A stretch of DNA of 64,000 nt from Candidatus Latescibacterota bacterium (GTDB taxonomy: Bacteria; Latescibacterota; UBA2968). Position numbers and translations under genes: made by a program. Below the pieces are notes generated by a model. It ran no database searches. It had not been told where the DNA came from and saw only the letters and a list, made by a program, of their open reading frames with translations. Location: positions 7,584,001 to 7,648,000 of the forward strand of contig OZ240241.1 of NCBI GenBank assembly GCA_965198115.1, given 5' to 3'. Positions within the stretch are counted from its first letter, which is position 1. Each line of letters opens with the position of its first letter. This document shows, in pieces, positions 39,805 through 49,900 of the stretch.

Positions 39805-41160
39805 TTGTCTCAACCCAACATCATCTTCGTTTTCGCGGACGACTGGGGCTGGGGCGACCTGAGCTGTTACGGACACCCCCACGTCGAAACCCCCAACCTC
39901 GACCGCATCGCCGCCGAAGGCACGCTCTTCTCACAGTTCTACGTCTGCTCCGGCGTCTGCTCGCCCAGCCGTGCGGCCGCCATGACCGGACGCTTCCCCG
40001 CACACCACGGGATCCACGGCCACTTCGCCGACCACGACACGAACGCCCGACGGGGGATGCCCAACTGGCTCGACCCTACGGCCACGACCTACACGCGACT
40101 TCTGCAACGGCACGGCTACCGGATCGGCCACTATGGGAAGTGGCATCTCGGCCACGGCAAGGGGGCACCCGAGCCCTTCGCTTACGGTATTGACGAGTGC
40201 TGCATCAACACGGGCAATGGTCCCTATCTCGGCTTCCTTCCAAACGATGTCGGCCCCGATCGGGCGAGCTCCTCCGAACGCATCGTCGACGAAACCATCG
40301 GCTTCATCGATCGCCACAAAGATGAGCCATTCCTCGTCAACGTCTGGCTCAACGACACCCACGCCACGCTCGACCCCGACGAGCAGCAGCTCGAGCCTTA
40401 CCTCCGCTACGCGCCCAAAGGACTCGAGCAGAAGCATCCCGGCGCGAATGCCATCTACTTCGCCGCCGTCGCGAACGCCGACCGCCACATCGGCCGCCTC
40501 CTCGACCACCTCGATGCAACGGGGCTGACCGACGACACCCTCGTCATCTTCTCCGCCGACAACGGCCCCGAAGACATCGCCATCCAGAACGCGTCACACA
40601 GCGGTGTCGGCAGTCCGGGCCCGTTCCGCGGTCGCAAGCGCAGCCTCTACGAAGGTGGTATCCGCACGCCCTTCCTTCTGCGCTGGCCGAACGGCGGCAC
40701 ACCTGCCGGCGTCGTCAACAATGACACGCCGCTCAGCGCCGTAGACCTCCTGCCCACCTTCTGCGCCGCAGCCGACTGCCCGTTGCCCACCGACCTCCGT
40801 CAACAGGGCGAGAACATGCTCGACGTCTTCCAGGGCGCAACCCGCGATCGCACAACGCCGCTCCTGTGGGAATGGCGCTTCCGCATCGCCGGCCACGTCA
40901 TCAACCGCAGCCCGATCCTCGCCATCCGCGAAGGCCGATGGAAGCTCCTCGTCAATCCAGACGGAGATCGGCAGGAACTCTTCGACATCCCGAACGACCC
41001 TACTGAGCTCAGCAACCTGGCCGACACGTATCCGGATCGAGCAAACGAATTGGCTGACCGCGTCAAATCCTGGCAGGAAGAACTGCCCGAAGGACCCTTC
41101 GACGAAAACGCCGGCTCCAATGCGTATCCCTGGCCCAAACCCATCAAGCGAAGCTCATAG
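39805..41160 (+). CDS. Formylglycine-dependent sulfatase
   Basis: PNIIFVFADD, CSPSRAAAMTGR, GKWH, SADNG, RGRKRSLYEGG. Confidence 0.95.
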   Translation: MSQPNIIFVFADDWGWGDLSCYGHPHVETPNLDRIAAEGTLFSQFYVCSGVCSPSRAAAMTGRFPAHHGIHGHFADHDTNARRGMPNWLDPTATTYTRLLQRHGYRIGHYGKWHLGHGKGAPEPFAYGIDECCINTGNGPYLGFLPNDVGPDRASSSERIVDETIGFIDRHKDEPFLVNVWLNDTHATLDPDEQQLEPYLRYAPKGLEQKHPGANAIYFAAVANADRHIGRLLDHLDATGLTDDTLVIFSADNGPEDIAIQNASHSGVGSPGPFRGRKRSLYEGGIRTPFLLRWPNGGTPAGVVNNDTPLSAVDLLPTFCAAADCPLPTDLRQQGENMLDVFQGATRDRTTPLLWEWRFRIAGHVINRSPILAIREGRWKLLVNPDGDRQELFDIPNDPTELSNLADTYPDRANELADRVKSWQEELPEGPFDENAGSNAYPWPKPIKRSS

Positions 41161-41273
41161 CCACTCTGGTCACCGGCCTTCGCAGGGCTTCGGCCGGCAG
41201 GCTGGTCACTGGTCACCCGTCAATGGTCATTGCATCCCGCCGTTCTTCATCATTACCATATGCGGTCGTTCCT

Positions 41274-41306
41274 TGTCACCCCGGTACGCTTCTTGGCCGG
41301 GGCCCA
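41274..41306 (+). repeat. Family B palindromic unit
   Basis: TGTCACCCCGGTACGCTTCTTGGCCGGGGCCCA. Confidence 0.8.
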
Positions 41307-41357
41307 CTTTGATCTTCGCGAAAGTGACACTCAACTTCACTCTTACTCAGGTTCCCA

Positions 41358-42176
41358 ATGATCATCGACACTCACGTCCACCTCTACGACCCTTCTCGCC
41401 CTGAAGGCACACCATGGCCGCCGGAAGACGACCCGGTCCTCCATAAACCGACCCGTACCGATCGATGTAAGGACTTGGCCGAGCCAGCCGGTGTCGATGG
41501 CGTCGTCGTCGTCGAGTGCAGCGAATGGGTCGAAGACAATCAATGGGTCCTCGACCTGGCGAAGGACGACCCGTTCATCGTAGGCCTCGTCGGCAACCTC
41601 GACCCACACGACGACGCTTTCGAGTCGCACCTCGACCGCTTCGCGAAGGACCCCATCTACCGCGGCATCCGCGCTCGTCTCTGGGATCCCGACGACATCG
41701 AGAAACTGCGTCTCCTGTCCGATCGCGACCTCTCCCTCGACCTCGGTGGTGGCGAACGCACCCTCGAAATCGCCGACGCCATCCCCGAGCTGCGCATCAT
41801 CATCAACCACAGCGCCGGCATTAAGATGGACGGGGACGAACCCGAGGCCGAAGCCGTCGATCTCGCCAGGCGCGCCGCCGAACGACCCAACGTCTTCTGC
41901 AAGCTCTCCGGCATGATGGACCTGCGCTGCACGATTCGCCCAGCACCCACCGACGTCGCCCACTACGCTCCCTATCTCGACATCCTTTGGGACGCCTTCG
42001 GCGAGGACCGCATGATCTTCGGCAGCGACTGGCCCGTCTCCGATAAAAGCGAACGCACGTATGCCGAAATCCTCACCCTCGCCCAGGACTACATCCATCC
42101 GATGGGCGAAACCATCACGCAGAAGGTCTTCAGCGACAACGCGAAGACGGCCTACAAGTGGGTCGATAGATCATAA
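41358..42176 (+). CDS. Amidohydrolase family protein (L-fucono/rhamnono-lactonase-like)
   Basis: IDTHVH, IINH, NVFCKLSG, FGEDRMIFGSDWPV. Confidence 0.9.
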   Translation: MIIDTHVHLYDPSRPEGTPWPPEDDPVLHKPTRTDRCKDLAEPAGVDGVVVVECSEWVEDNQWVLDLAKDDPFIVGLVGNLDPHDDAFESHLDRFAKDPIYRGIRARLWDPDDIEKLRLLSDRDLSLDLGGGERTLEIADAIPELRIIINHSAGIKMDGDEPEAEAVDLARRAAERPNVFCKLSGMMDLRCTIRPAPTDVAHYAPYLDILWDAFGEDRMIFGSDWPVSDKSERTYAEILTLAQDYIHPMGETITQKVFSDNAKTAYKWVDRS

Positions 42177-42188
42177 CGCGAGAACGAA

Positions 42189-42277
42189 TGTCACCCCGGT
42201 GTGCTTCTTGGCCGGGGTCCATATTATGTTTAGCGAAAGTCAGAATGGATCCCGGTCTGAGGCCTGCCGGGATGACA
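42189..42277. repeat. Family B inverted pair (REPIN-like)
   Basis: TGTCACCCCGG..CCGGGGTCCA, a 24-nt spacer, then TGGATCCCGG..CCGGGATGACA. Confidence 0.85.
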
Positions 42278-42311
42278 GTACTCTTCAATTCTATTGTGAA
42301 GGTTTCTCACC

Positions 42312-43340
42312 ATGCCAGACCCCATCCACCGAGTGGCCCTCGTAGGAACAGGCGGCATCTCCCGCGCACATACCGAAGCCGCAACCCGTACCGATCGTGC
42401 CGAGCTCGTCGCCCTGTGCGATGTTCGACAGGAATCGATCGATACATACCGCGAACGCCATCCGAACGTCACCGCGCCCGCCTATCTCGACATGAACGAA
42501 ATGCTCGAGAAGGAAGAGATCGATATCGCCGTCATCTGCACGTGGGGCGCCTTTCACGCGGAAGTCGGGGCGGGTCTTGCTCGATCAGGCCGCGTCAAAG
42601 CCATCCTCTGCGAAAAACCCTTCACCCAAACTGCCCGCGAAGCTGAAAGCCTCGTCGCCGCCGTGAACGACAGCGACGCCTTCATCGCGGAGGCCTTCAA
42701 GTTCCGCCATCATCCCATGCACCTCAAGGCACGAGAACTGATCGACGCCGGCGCGATCGGCGACGTGATGACCGTCCGCAGCACCTTCTGCACTTCGGGC
42801 GGACAGTCGAAGGAAGACCAGAAAATCCGACTCGACCCCAACGCAAACTGGCGCTTCAACAAGGCCAAGGGGGGCGGCAGTATCTACGACCTCGCCTGTT
42901 ACAACATTCACCATGCCCGATGGACCTTCGGCGAGGATCCCGCCGAAGTCTTTGCCACCGCGCGCCCCGGAATCGAGGTCGATGTCGCCGCCCACATTCA
43001 GTTCGTCTTCCCGAGCGGTGGCGTTGCTCAGATCTCCGTGGGCTTCGATACCTACAGCAGTCAGGAATTCCACATCATCGGCGATCGTGGCAGCCTGCAC
43101 ACCGACAGGGCCTGGAACAACGAAAACCGTCCCACCTGGCTCGACCACTATTCACCTGACCTGACCCAGCGACATCATTTCGCTCCGTGCTTCCAGTTTC
43201 AGTTCCAGCTCGAGCACATGTGCGACGTCCTCGAAGGCAAGACCGAGCATCGCATCTCCCCCGAGAACAGCCTCGGCCAAATGCGCACAATCGACGCGAT
43301 CTACGAGTCGTTCGAGTCGAGAGGAGCGGTGAGGCTGTAG
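42312..43340 (+). CDS. Gfo/Idh/MocA oxidoreductase
   Basis: VGTGGIS, CEKP, EAFKFRHHP, GGGSIYDLACY. Confidence 0.92.
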   Translation: MPDPIHRVALVGTGGISRAHTEAATRTDRAELVALCDVRQESIDTYRERHPNVTAPAYLDMNEMLEKEEIDIAVICTWGAFHAEVGAGLARSGRVKAILCEKPFTQTAREAESLVAAVNDSDAFIAEAFKFRHHPMHLKARELIDAGAIGDVMTVRSTFCTSGGQSKEDQKIRLDPNANWRFNKAKGGGSIYDLACYNIHHARWTFGEDPAEVFATARPGIEVDVAAHIQFVFPSGGVAQISVGFDTYSSQEFHIIGDRGSLHTDRAWNNENRPTWLDHYSPDLTQRHHFAPCFQFQFQLEHMCDVLEGKTEHRISPENSLGQMRTIDAIYESFESRGAVRL

Positions 43341-43459
43341 AGGACTGAGCGGGCGATGAGGAGAGCCCTTCGGTACGCCTGCTGCGCAGGCTACTCAGGA
43401 CTGGCGGGAAAGCAGGCGTGGCGAGAGCGCTACGCGCTCAACTTTTTACGCTTAACCAA

Positions 43460-43492
43460 TGTCATCCCGGTACGCTTCTGGGCCGGGATCCA
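43460..43492 (+). repeat. Family B palindromic unit
   Basis: TGTCATCCCGGTACGCTTCTGGGCCGGGATCCA, near-identical to 1072. Confidence 0.85.
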
Positions 43493-43561
43493 TTTTCATA
43501 TGTAGCTATATCAACGCGTCCCGGGAGCCAGTAAGACGAGCAGTTTTCTGCCTCTTGCCAC

Positions 43562-43697
43562 AGCGTCCCCGGGCAGGAGCCCAGGGGCGAGCGTGGAGGC
43601 CGCGCTTTTGCCGGGCCCGGTCTAATGAACACGTGAGAACCGGGCCCCGTCATCGCCCATCGCGAACGCTCGTCCCCGTGCTAAGCACGGGGACGTT
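43562..43697. repeat. Three-hairpin REPIN/MITE-like element, family C copy 1
   Basis: Shares CCCAGGGGCGAGC, GGGCCCGGTC..GAGAACCGG and CGCGAACGCTCGTCCCCGTGCT..GCACGGGGACG with 45211-45353. Confidence 0.8.
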
Positions 43698-43849
43698 ATT
43701 GATTCGTCTCTCTTCGTGTACCAGTCTTTCTTGGTTTCTTCGTGTCTTCGCGCCTTCGTGTTGCCTTTCTTGATGTCCCACCTGCGCCAAGGCTTCGGTG
43801 GGCAGGCTTGGGGTCTTGGTGGTTCAGTTTTGTGTGTAAGGAGATATAG

Positions 43850-44941
43850 ATGCAGCGCGTAGCCATCATCGGGAACACCAACCGCGGCCGCTATGGCCAC
43901 CATCTGGACATGGGCTTCGTCGGGGTCGAAGGCGCGGAGATCGTCGGTCTCGCCGATCCGGACGACGAAGGCCGTGCCGCAACGGCTGAAAAAACGGGCG
44001 CACCCGAGTCATTCGCCGACTATCGGGAAATGCTCGAGAAGCTGAAGCCCGACATCACCGTCGTCGCGACACGCGAGATCGGCGACCATCACGACCTCGT
44101 CACGACCGTCGCCGAGTTTGACACCCACGTCTATCTCGAGAAACCGATCTCCGCCACCCCTGCCGAAGCCGACCGCATGGCCGACGCCGTCGAAGCCAAA
44201 GGCAAACTCTTCATCCTCGCGACGCCCTGGCGCGGTCATCCCCCGATCCAGCACGTCGCTATCCCCCTCATCAAAGACGGCAAGATCGGCGAACCCCGGC
44301 TGGGTCGTATCCACGGCATGAACGGCCCCCACGGCGGCGATCAGATGTTCCTCGACCTGTATCCCCACTTCTTCGACTTCCTCGACCAGGTCTGGGGACA
44401 GCCATTCTGGTGCAGCGCGCACATCAGCGTCGATGGCCGTGACGCCACGCCAGCCGACCTCAAGCAAGGCGTCGAGGGTATGGGTCTCGTCGCCGGCAAC
44501 GGCATCCGCGCCTACTACCAGTTCGAAAACTTCGCCGCCGATTTCGAAGCCTACGAGGGCGATCACGACCGCGAACGCCCTTATCGCATCGACGTCCACG
44601 GCACAGAAGGCTCTCTCTCTCTACCAGGCCCGATGAGCAACCAGCCTGACATCTACTACCATCCCCGCGTCGCCCCACGCCTCCACGACGACGACCGCTG
44701 GGAAGTCATCCCCGCCGACCCACCGCCAAGCGACGAAAAGTGGGTCAACGCCCACCACCGCATGGCCAAATCCATGATCGACCGCATCGAAGGCCGCGAG
44801 CCCGAGTTCGACCTCCTCGAAGGCAGACACGCGAGACGTCACGTCGAATGGGCTATGGCGGCTCATGCATCTCATATGGCCGGCGCCCGTGTCAGCATCC
44901 CCCTCGATACGGCAGCGAATCCGTTCGACGGTTGGGCGTAG
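43850..44941 (+). CDS. Gfo/Idh/MocA oxidoreductase
   Basis: IIGNTNRGRYGH, HVYLEKP; SD AAGGAG. Confidence 0.9.
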   Translation: MQRVAIIGNTNRGRYGHHLDMGFVGVEGAEIVGLADPDDEGRAATAEKTGAPESFADYREMLEKLKPDITVVATREIGDHHDLVTTVAEFDTHVYLEKPISATPAEADRMADAVEAKGKLFILATPWRGHPPIQHVAIPLIKDGKIGEPRLGRIHGMNGPHGGDQMFLDLYPHFFDFLDQVWGQPFWCSAHISVDGRDATPADLKQGVEGMGLVAGNGIRAYYQFENFAADFEAYEGDHDRERPYRIDVHGTEGSLSLPGPMSNQPDIYYHPRVAPRLHDDDRWEVIPADPPPSDEKWVNAHHRMAKSMIDRIEGREPEFDLLEGRHARRHVEWAMAAHASHMAGARVSIPLDTAANPFDGWA

Positions 44942-44959
44942 GTCTTTTGCGCAAGTCGC

Positions 44960-45013
44960 GCAGGACCGACTCGAGCCTGCACTGAGCGAAGTCGAAGTGA
45001 GTCGGGAATGACC
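44960..45013 (+). repeat. GYAG-type REP with a family A unit in its loop
   Basis: GCAGGACCGACTC [GAGCCTGCACTGAGCGAAGTCGAAGT] GAGTCGGGAATGACC. Confidence 0.65.
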
Positions 45014-45176
45014 CGTCACGCAAAGCCTGGAGCGTCCGGCCATCATGCGCCGACATTGTCCGCGCCCGTTACTGTGCAACCCGACTCCCGTCGGGGAACG
45101 ACCCTTGATGCGAAGCAGTCGCGTTAGAACATCATGGCGCTGGGTTTAACCTGTGAGGTCCCAGGCATCCAAGTTA

Positions 45177-45198
45177 ATTTTCCGATCGATCGGAAAAT
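45177..45198. promoter_or_regulatory. Perfect 22-bp palindrome, operator-like
   Basis: ATTTTCCGATC|GATCGGAAAAT. Confidence 0.5.
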
Positions 45199-45210
45199 CT
45201 GCTCTGTCAA

Positions 45211-45353
45211 GCCAAGAGCGCCCCCGGCAGAGCCCAGGGGCGAGCAGGGCGCTCTCGCTGATCGGGCCCGGTCCTGATGGCCTAACGAGAACCGGCCCCA
45301 CCACAAACCTCCGCGAACGCTCGTCCCCGTGCTCTGCACGGGGACGCTCTGGC
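45211..45353. repeat. Family C element copy 2
   Basis: Terminal IR GCCA(A)GAGCG..CGCTCTGGC; internal hairpins as in 43562. Confidence 0.8.
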
Positions 45354-45371
45354 TGAGTCGCGAGAACCAGG

Positions 45372-46727
45372 ATGAAACACAATCTCCCTCCTTACAGATT
45401 TCTCCTGACGATCCCGATGTTCGCCGCCATTTCCACCGCGCTTCCTGCAGGGGCAGCTGACGATGGACTGGGCGCCGAACACAACTGGGGGCGATGGCGT
45501 GGTCCCCTGGACACCGGCGTCGCACCGCACGCCAATCCGCCGATCGAATGGAGCGAAGAGCAAAACATTCGCTGGAAGGTCGCACTGCCGGGCAAGGAGC
45601 ATTCGACACCGATCATCTGGGGCGATCGTGTGTTCGTCACGACTGCCATCCCTTACGGCGAGGCTTTGAGCCCCAGCTACAGCGGTGTCCCTGGCGCACA
45701 CAACGAACTTCCCGTAACGCGTCGTCACAAATTTGTGGTGATGGGCATCAGCCGTCGCGACGGAAAGGTCCTCTGGGAACGGACCGTGAGACAGGGTCTT
45801 CCGCACGCCGGGGGGCACATCACCGCAAGCCTCGCATCGCATTCCCTCGTTACGGACGGCGAGCACGTATTCGCCTCCTTCGGGTCCTACGGACTCTACT
45901 GTTTGAGTCTGGATGGGAAGATGGTGTGGGAAAAAGACCTCGGCCGGATGCACACGTTGCACGGGCACGGTGAGGGCAGTTCCCCCGCCCTCTACCAGGA
46001 TGTGCTCGTCATCAATTGGGACCACGAAGACCAGTCCTTTCTTGTCGCATTCGACAAGCGTAACGGCAGAGAGCGCTGGGAGGTCGAGCGCGATGGCGTC
46101 ACGTCGTGGACCACGCCTATCATTGTCGAGCCAGATGGCGCACCGCAGGTCATCATCAGCGGCTCGGAGAAGGTGCGTGGCTACGACCTGGCCAACGGAG
46201 ACGTCATCTGGGAATGCGGCGGGCTGTCGGTGGAAAACGTGGTCGCTTCACCTGTCGCCAGAGACGGTGTGATCTATGTTGGCAGCAGCTACGACAGAAA
46301 TGCCGTGCTGGCGATTCGTCTGAAGGGCGCTGAAGGTGACATCACCGGGACGGAACACGTCGTCTGGAGCCGCACCGGAGGGGCGCCGTATGTGCCTTCG
46401 CTCCTGCTCTATGGGGACTCCCTCTACTTTCTCAGGCATTTCCAGGGCATCCTCACTCGCGTCGACGCACATACTGGTGAAGATCAGCCCGGGCCGTTTC
46501 GGCTGAACGGCCTCCGCAACGTCTTTGCTTCGCCGGTCGGTGCCGCCAGTCGTGTCTACATCACCGATCGCGACGGCGCAACGATCGTCATCAGTCACGA
46601 TGACACACCCGAATACCTGGCGCTGAACCAGCTCGATGACAGCTTCAGTGCCTCAGCCGCAGTAGTAGACGGCGAACTCTTTTTGCGTGGGGAGGAACAT
46701 CTCTACTGCGTCGCTGAAGAGGAGTGA
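45372..46727 (+). CDS. PQQ-binding-like (BamB family) beta-propeller protein, secreted
   Basis: Signal peptide, W.RWRGP, NIRWKVALPG..HSTPI, repeated G...W motifs, LFLRG.EHLYC. Confidence 0.88.
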   Translation: MKHNLPPYRFLLTIPMFAAISTALPAGAADDGLGAEHNWGRWRGPLDTGVAPHANPPIEWSEEQNIRWKVALPGKEHSTPIIWGDRVFVTTAIPYGEALSPSYSGVPGAHNELPVTRRHKFVVMGISRRDGKVLWERTVRQGLPHAGGHITASLASHSLVTDGEHVFASFGSYGLYCLSLDGKMVWEKDLGRMHTLHGHGEGSSPALYQDVLVINWDHEDQSFLVAFDKRNGRERWEVERDGVTSWTTPIIVEPDGAPQVIISGSEKVRGYDLANGDVIWECGGLSVENVVASPVARDGVIYVGSSYDRNAVLAIRLKGAEGDITGTEHVVWSRTGGAPYVPSLLLYGDSLYFLRHFQGILTRVDAHTGEDQPGPFRLNGLRNVFASPVGAASRVYITDRDGATIVISHDDTPEYLALNQLDDSFSASAAVVDGELFLRGEEHLYCVAEEE

Positions 46728-46914
46728 CGTCTTCGAGAGTCTTCTCCACTCACTTTCGATTTGCCTTTTGAATCGTTGAGTCCCCTCCACCAGCCCCACT
46801 TGCAGCCCCCTCACCCTCATCCCTATCTTGGTTGCGATGCGCATTCCCGCCTTGACGCAACACCACAAGCGGAGCCGTCACAAATCAATTCCATAATTCA
46901 TAATTCCTCAATCC

Positions 46915-49900
46915 ATGCGCCTCCTTCTCCCTACTGCCTTCTCCCTCCTCACTGCGTTGTCAGCGTCTTCGCCGCTGCAAGCTGTGGATACGCTCTCAGT
47001 AGCGACCACCGACCCACTCCTCGAACGCTGGCGCTGGACGACCATCGATCGAACGAACGGCTTGAAGTCTGCGGTCTTCGACATCGAGGAAGATCGCAAT
47101 GGTGTCGTCTGGTTCGGCACCATGCGCGGCCTCCAGTCCTGCGACGGCTACGATTGGAACGACTACACGAGTGACAGCCTTCGAACGGTGATAGACATCC
47201 TGGAAGAACGGGACGGCGTGATGTGGTTCGGAATGTGGCTCGACGGCTTGGCGCGCTACGACGGCACCGACTGGCGGAACTACACCACGGACGACGGCAC
47301 AGCAACCAACCAGGTCTGGACGCTGGAGCAGACTCGGGACGGCGCAATCTGGGCAGGTTTCCACAACGAAAACGGAACTTTTGCTGACACAACACGAACC
47401 CTGGGAGGTATCAGCCGCTTCGACGGCGAACGATGGACGACCGTAGACATCCCTATCGGGCCCCCAAGACCCAACGTGGTCGACATCCTCGAAGCGTCGG
47501 ACGGGTCACTCTGGTTTACGACCATTGGACACGGTGTCTTCAGACGTTCGCGCGACACGTGGACTCAGTTCACGAAGGAAACAGGTCTGCTCAGCGATAT
47601 GGCCACCCGGATGATCGAAGCACCGGACAGATCGATCTGGATCGGAGGCGACAAGGGGATCAGCCGCTTCAACCCTGGGATCGTGTCCGGGGGTGCAGGC
47701 ACCTCGGGGCAGACTGGGCAGGGCCGATGGACAACCTACGCAGAAAGAGATGGGCTCCCCGCTGGGGCGCGGGTGCCGAAGCTCTGGAGCGATCGTGAGG
47801 GCACGGTCTGGGCAGGGACAGCGGAACCCTCGAGACTCTGTCGCTTCGACGGGGAGCAATGGCACACCTACCCGCAAGATGCGATCCCCCACTTCGACGG
47901 CGACGCAGTCTTTTTTGGACCGACGGCTACGAAGGTCGGGTGGTACTGGTCCTGGTTCGACCGGAAGGTCTATCGATTCGACCCGTCGGAAAACTGGACG
48001 ACTTATGTAGGCCCCGACAGCCTGCGCGGCGCCCGCGAGACCGAGGACGGATCCGTCTGGTTCTCCTCGCCACGGAGGGCGGTGAATTTCCATAACGGAC
48101 GGTGGCTCTCCTACGGGCCGGAAGACGGCTTCCTGGATGAGGACGAACCCCGCATCTACCAGACATCGGACGGCACGCTCTGGTTTACCGGAATGCACCG
48201 GGGAGAAGGCGCGATCGCTCGACTCCTGCCACCTGCCGGCGGGTCCAGACCAGCGTGGCAGATTTTCACGACAGCCGACGGTGCTTTGGATGACAACGGT
48301 TCTCCTTTCGAAACGCGGTCGGGTCACGTCTGGTTCGTGGGGTCCCGAAATGGCCAATCGTCCGCCGCGTACTACGACGGCCGGGAGCTACGACGGTTCG
48401 GAATCGCCGATGGACTGGTCGGCGAATCGCTTCAATCGGGGTTCGAAGCGTCGGATGGGACACTCTGGTTCGGCACAGAGCGTCCATCGGAAGGCACGAA
48501 CACGGTCCACGCCGACGGCGTGATTCGGTATGATCCATCGGCTCCAGCCGGGCCGACCGCCTGGCGGAACTACACGATCGATGACGGCCTGGCGGACGGA
48601 CCGGTCAGGGATTTCGCCGAGTGGCCCGAAGGCACGCTCTGGGTCGCAACAACCGTCGGTGTGAGCCGGACGAACCTGGCGGATCCCGATGCTGGCTGGC
48701 AGAACGCGCTGGATTTCGGTGTCGTTATGCCGAAGTTCGACAACTTTCTCCGCACGGCAGAGGCCTTGTGGTTCAGGTTTCAACCCAACCGCCAGGCGGG
48801 TGTCGTGCGATACGACGGTCAGACCTGGGAAGTCCTGACGGAACCCGACGGTCTCGCCAGCGCGGCAGTCTGCCAGATCTTCAAAGCATCCGACGGCGCC
48901 CTCTGGTTTCCCGCACAGGGCGGCCTTTCCCGTTTCGACGGGAGTAGGTGGGTTCGATATACGGAACGTTACGCTCCGGTCGCAGGTCCTGTACAGACCT
49001 ACGTCAATATTCAGGAGATGTCAGACGGGAGCTTCTGGCTCACGTCCAGATCCCAAGGACCGTCCGTAAGTAGAGAGCTCTTGCACTTTCGGTACGGCGG
49101 AGGGGCGGCCCCGAAGACCATCCTTGGAAAATCGGCGAATCTCGTCTCTTCCGCGGGCAATGTCTCGCTCCAGTGGTCCGGCACTGATCATTGGTTCGCC
49201 ACACCCACCCAGGACATGTGGTATCAATGGCGGCTCGATGACCGAGATTGGATCTCCACGAACCAGACCGACTACACGTTCACGGAACTTGCCCACGGGG
49301 ATCACCGATTCCAGGTTCGGGCCGTCAACCGTCACGGCACGGTTGATCCGTCGCCCCCCTCCACGCCTTCGTCGTCGAAGCCCCGTGGTGGCGCAACCCC
49401 TTCGTAGCCGGAACGGGCCTCCTCCTCATCGCCTTCGCGGCCTTCCAATCGGCCCGCGTCGTCCGCCGCGATCGCAGGCTGCAGCAATCGGTCGACGCGC
49501 TCTCCGCCGCCAACAACGAGCTCTTCCAGGTCAACCGGACCCTCGAGGTCGCGAATGTCGAGCTCCAGCGCGACCGCGCCGTCGAACGCATCCGCGCCGA
49601 AGTCCAGTCGATGGACGAAGCCGAGGACTTCGAGAAGGTGCTCTCGCTCCTCACGACCGATCTCCGAGACGTCGGTCTCGCCTTTCAGTCGTGCGAGATC
49701 GACGTGCTGGATGAACCCGTCGACCAACCCACGATGTCCCACTTCGAGACAAACGGGTTCCGCTACACCACTTTCCGCCTCGATCCGGAGGGCAATGTCG
49801 GCTCCCGCTCCTACAACATCGCCGCCCCCTTCCCGACCGTCATCGAACAGACCCTCGAACGCTTCATCGCGGGCGAGCCCTGGCAGGGGCAGAGTGAAGG

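Noticed and set aside
43613-43647. CTAATGA/CTGATGG..GAGAAC loops in family C elements as ribozyme cores
   Set aside because: No stem III or cleavage triplet; these are simple hairpin loops.
38755-45353. CRISPR array from clustered repeats
   Set aside because: The repeats are dispersed palindromes or short tandem units without regular spacers, and there are no cas genes.
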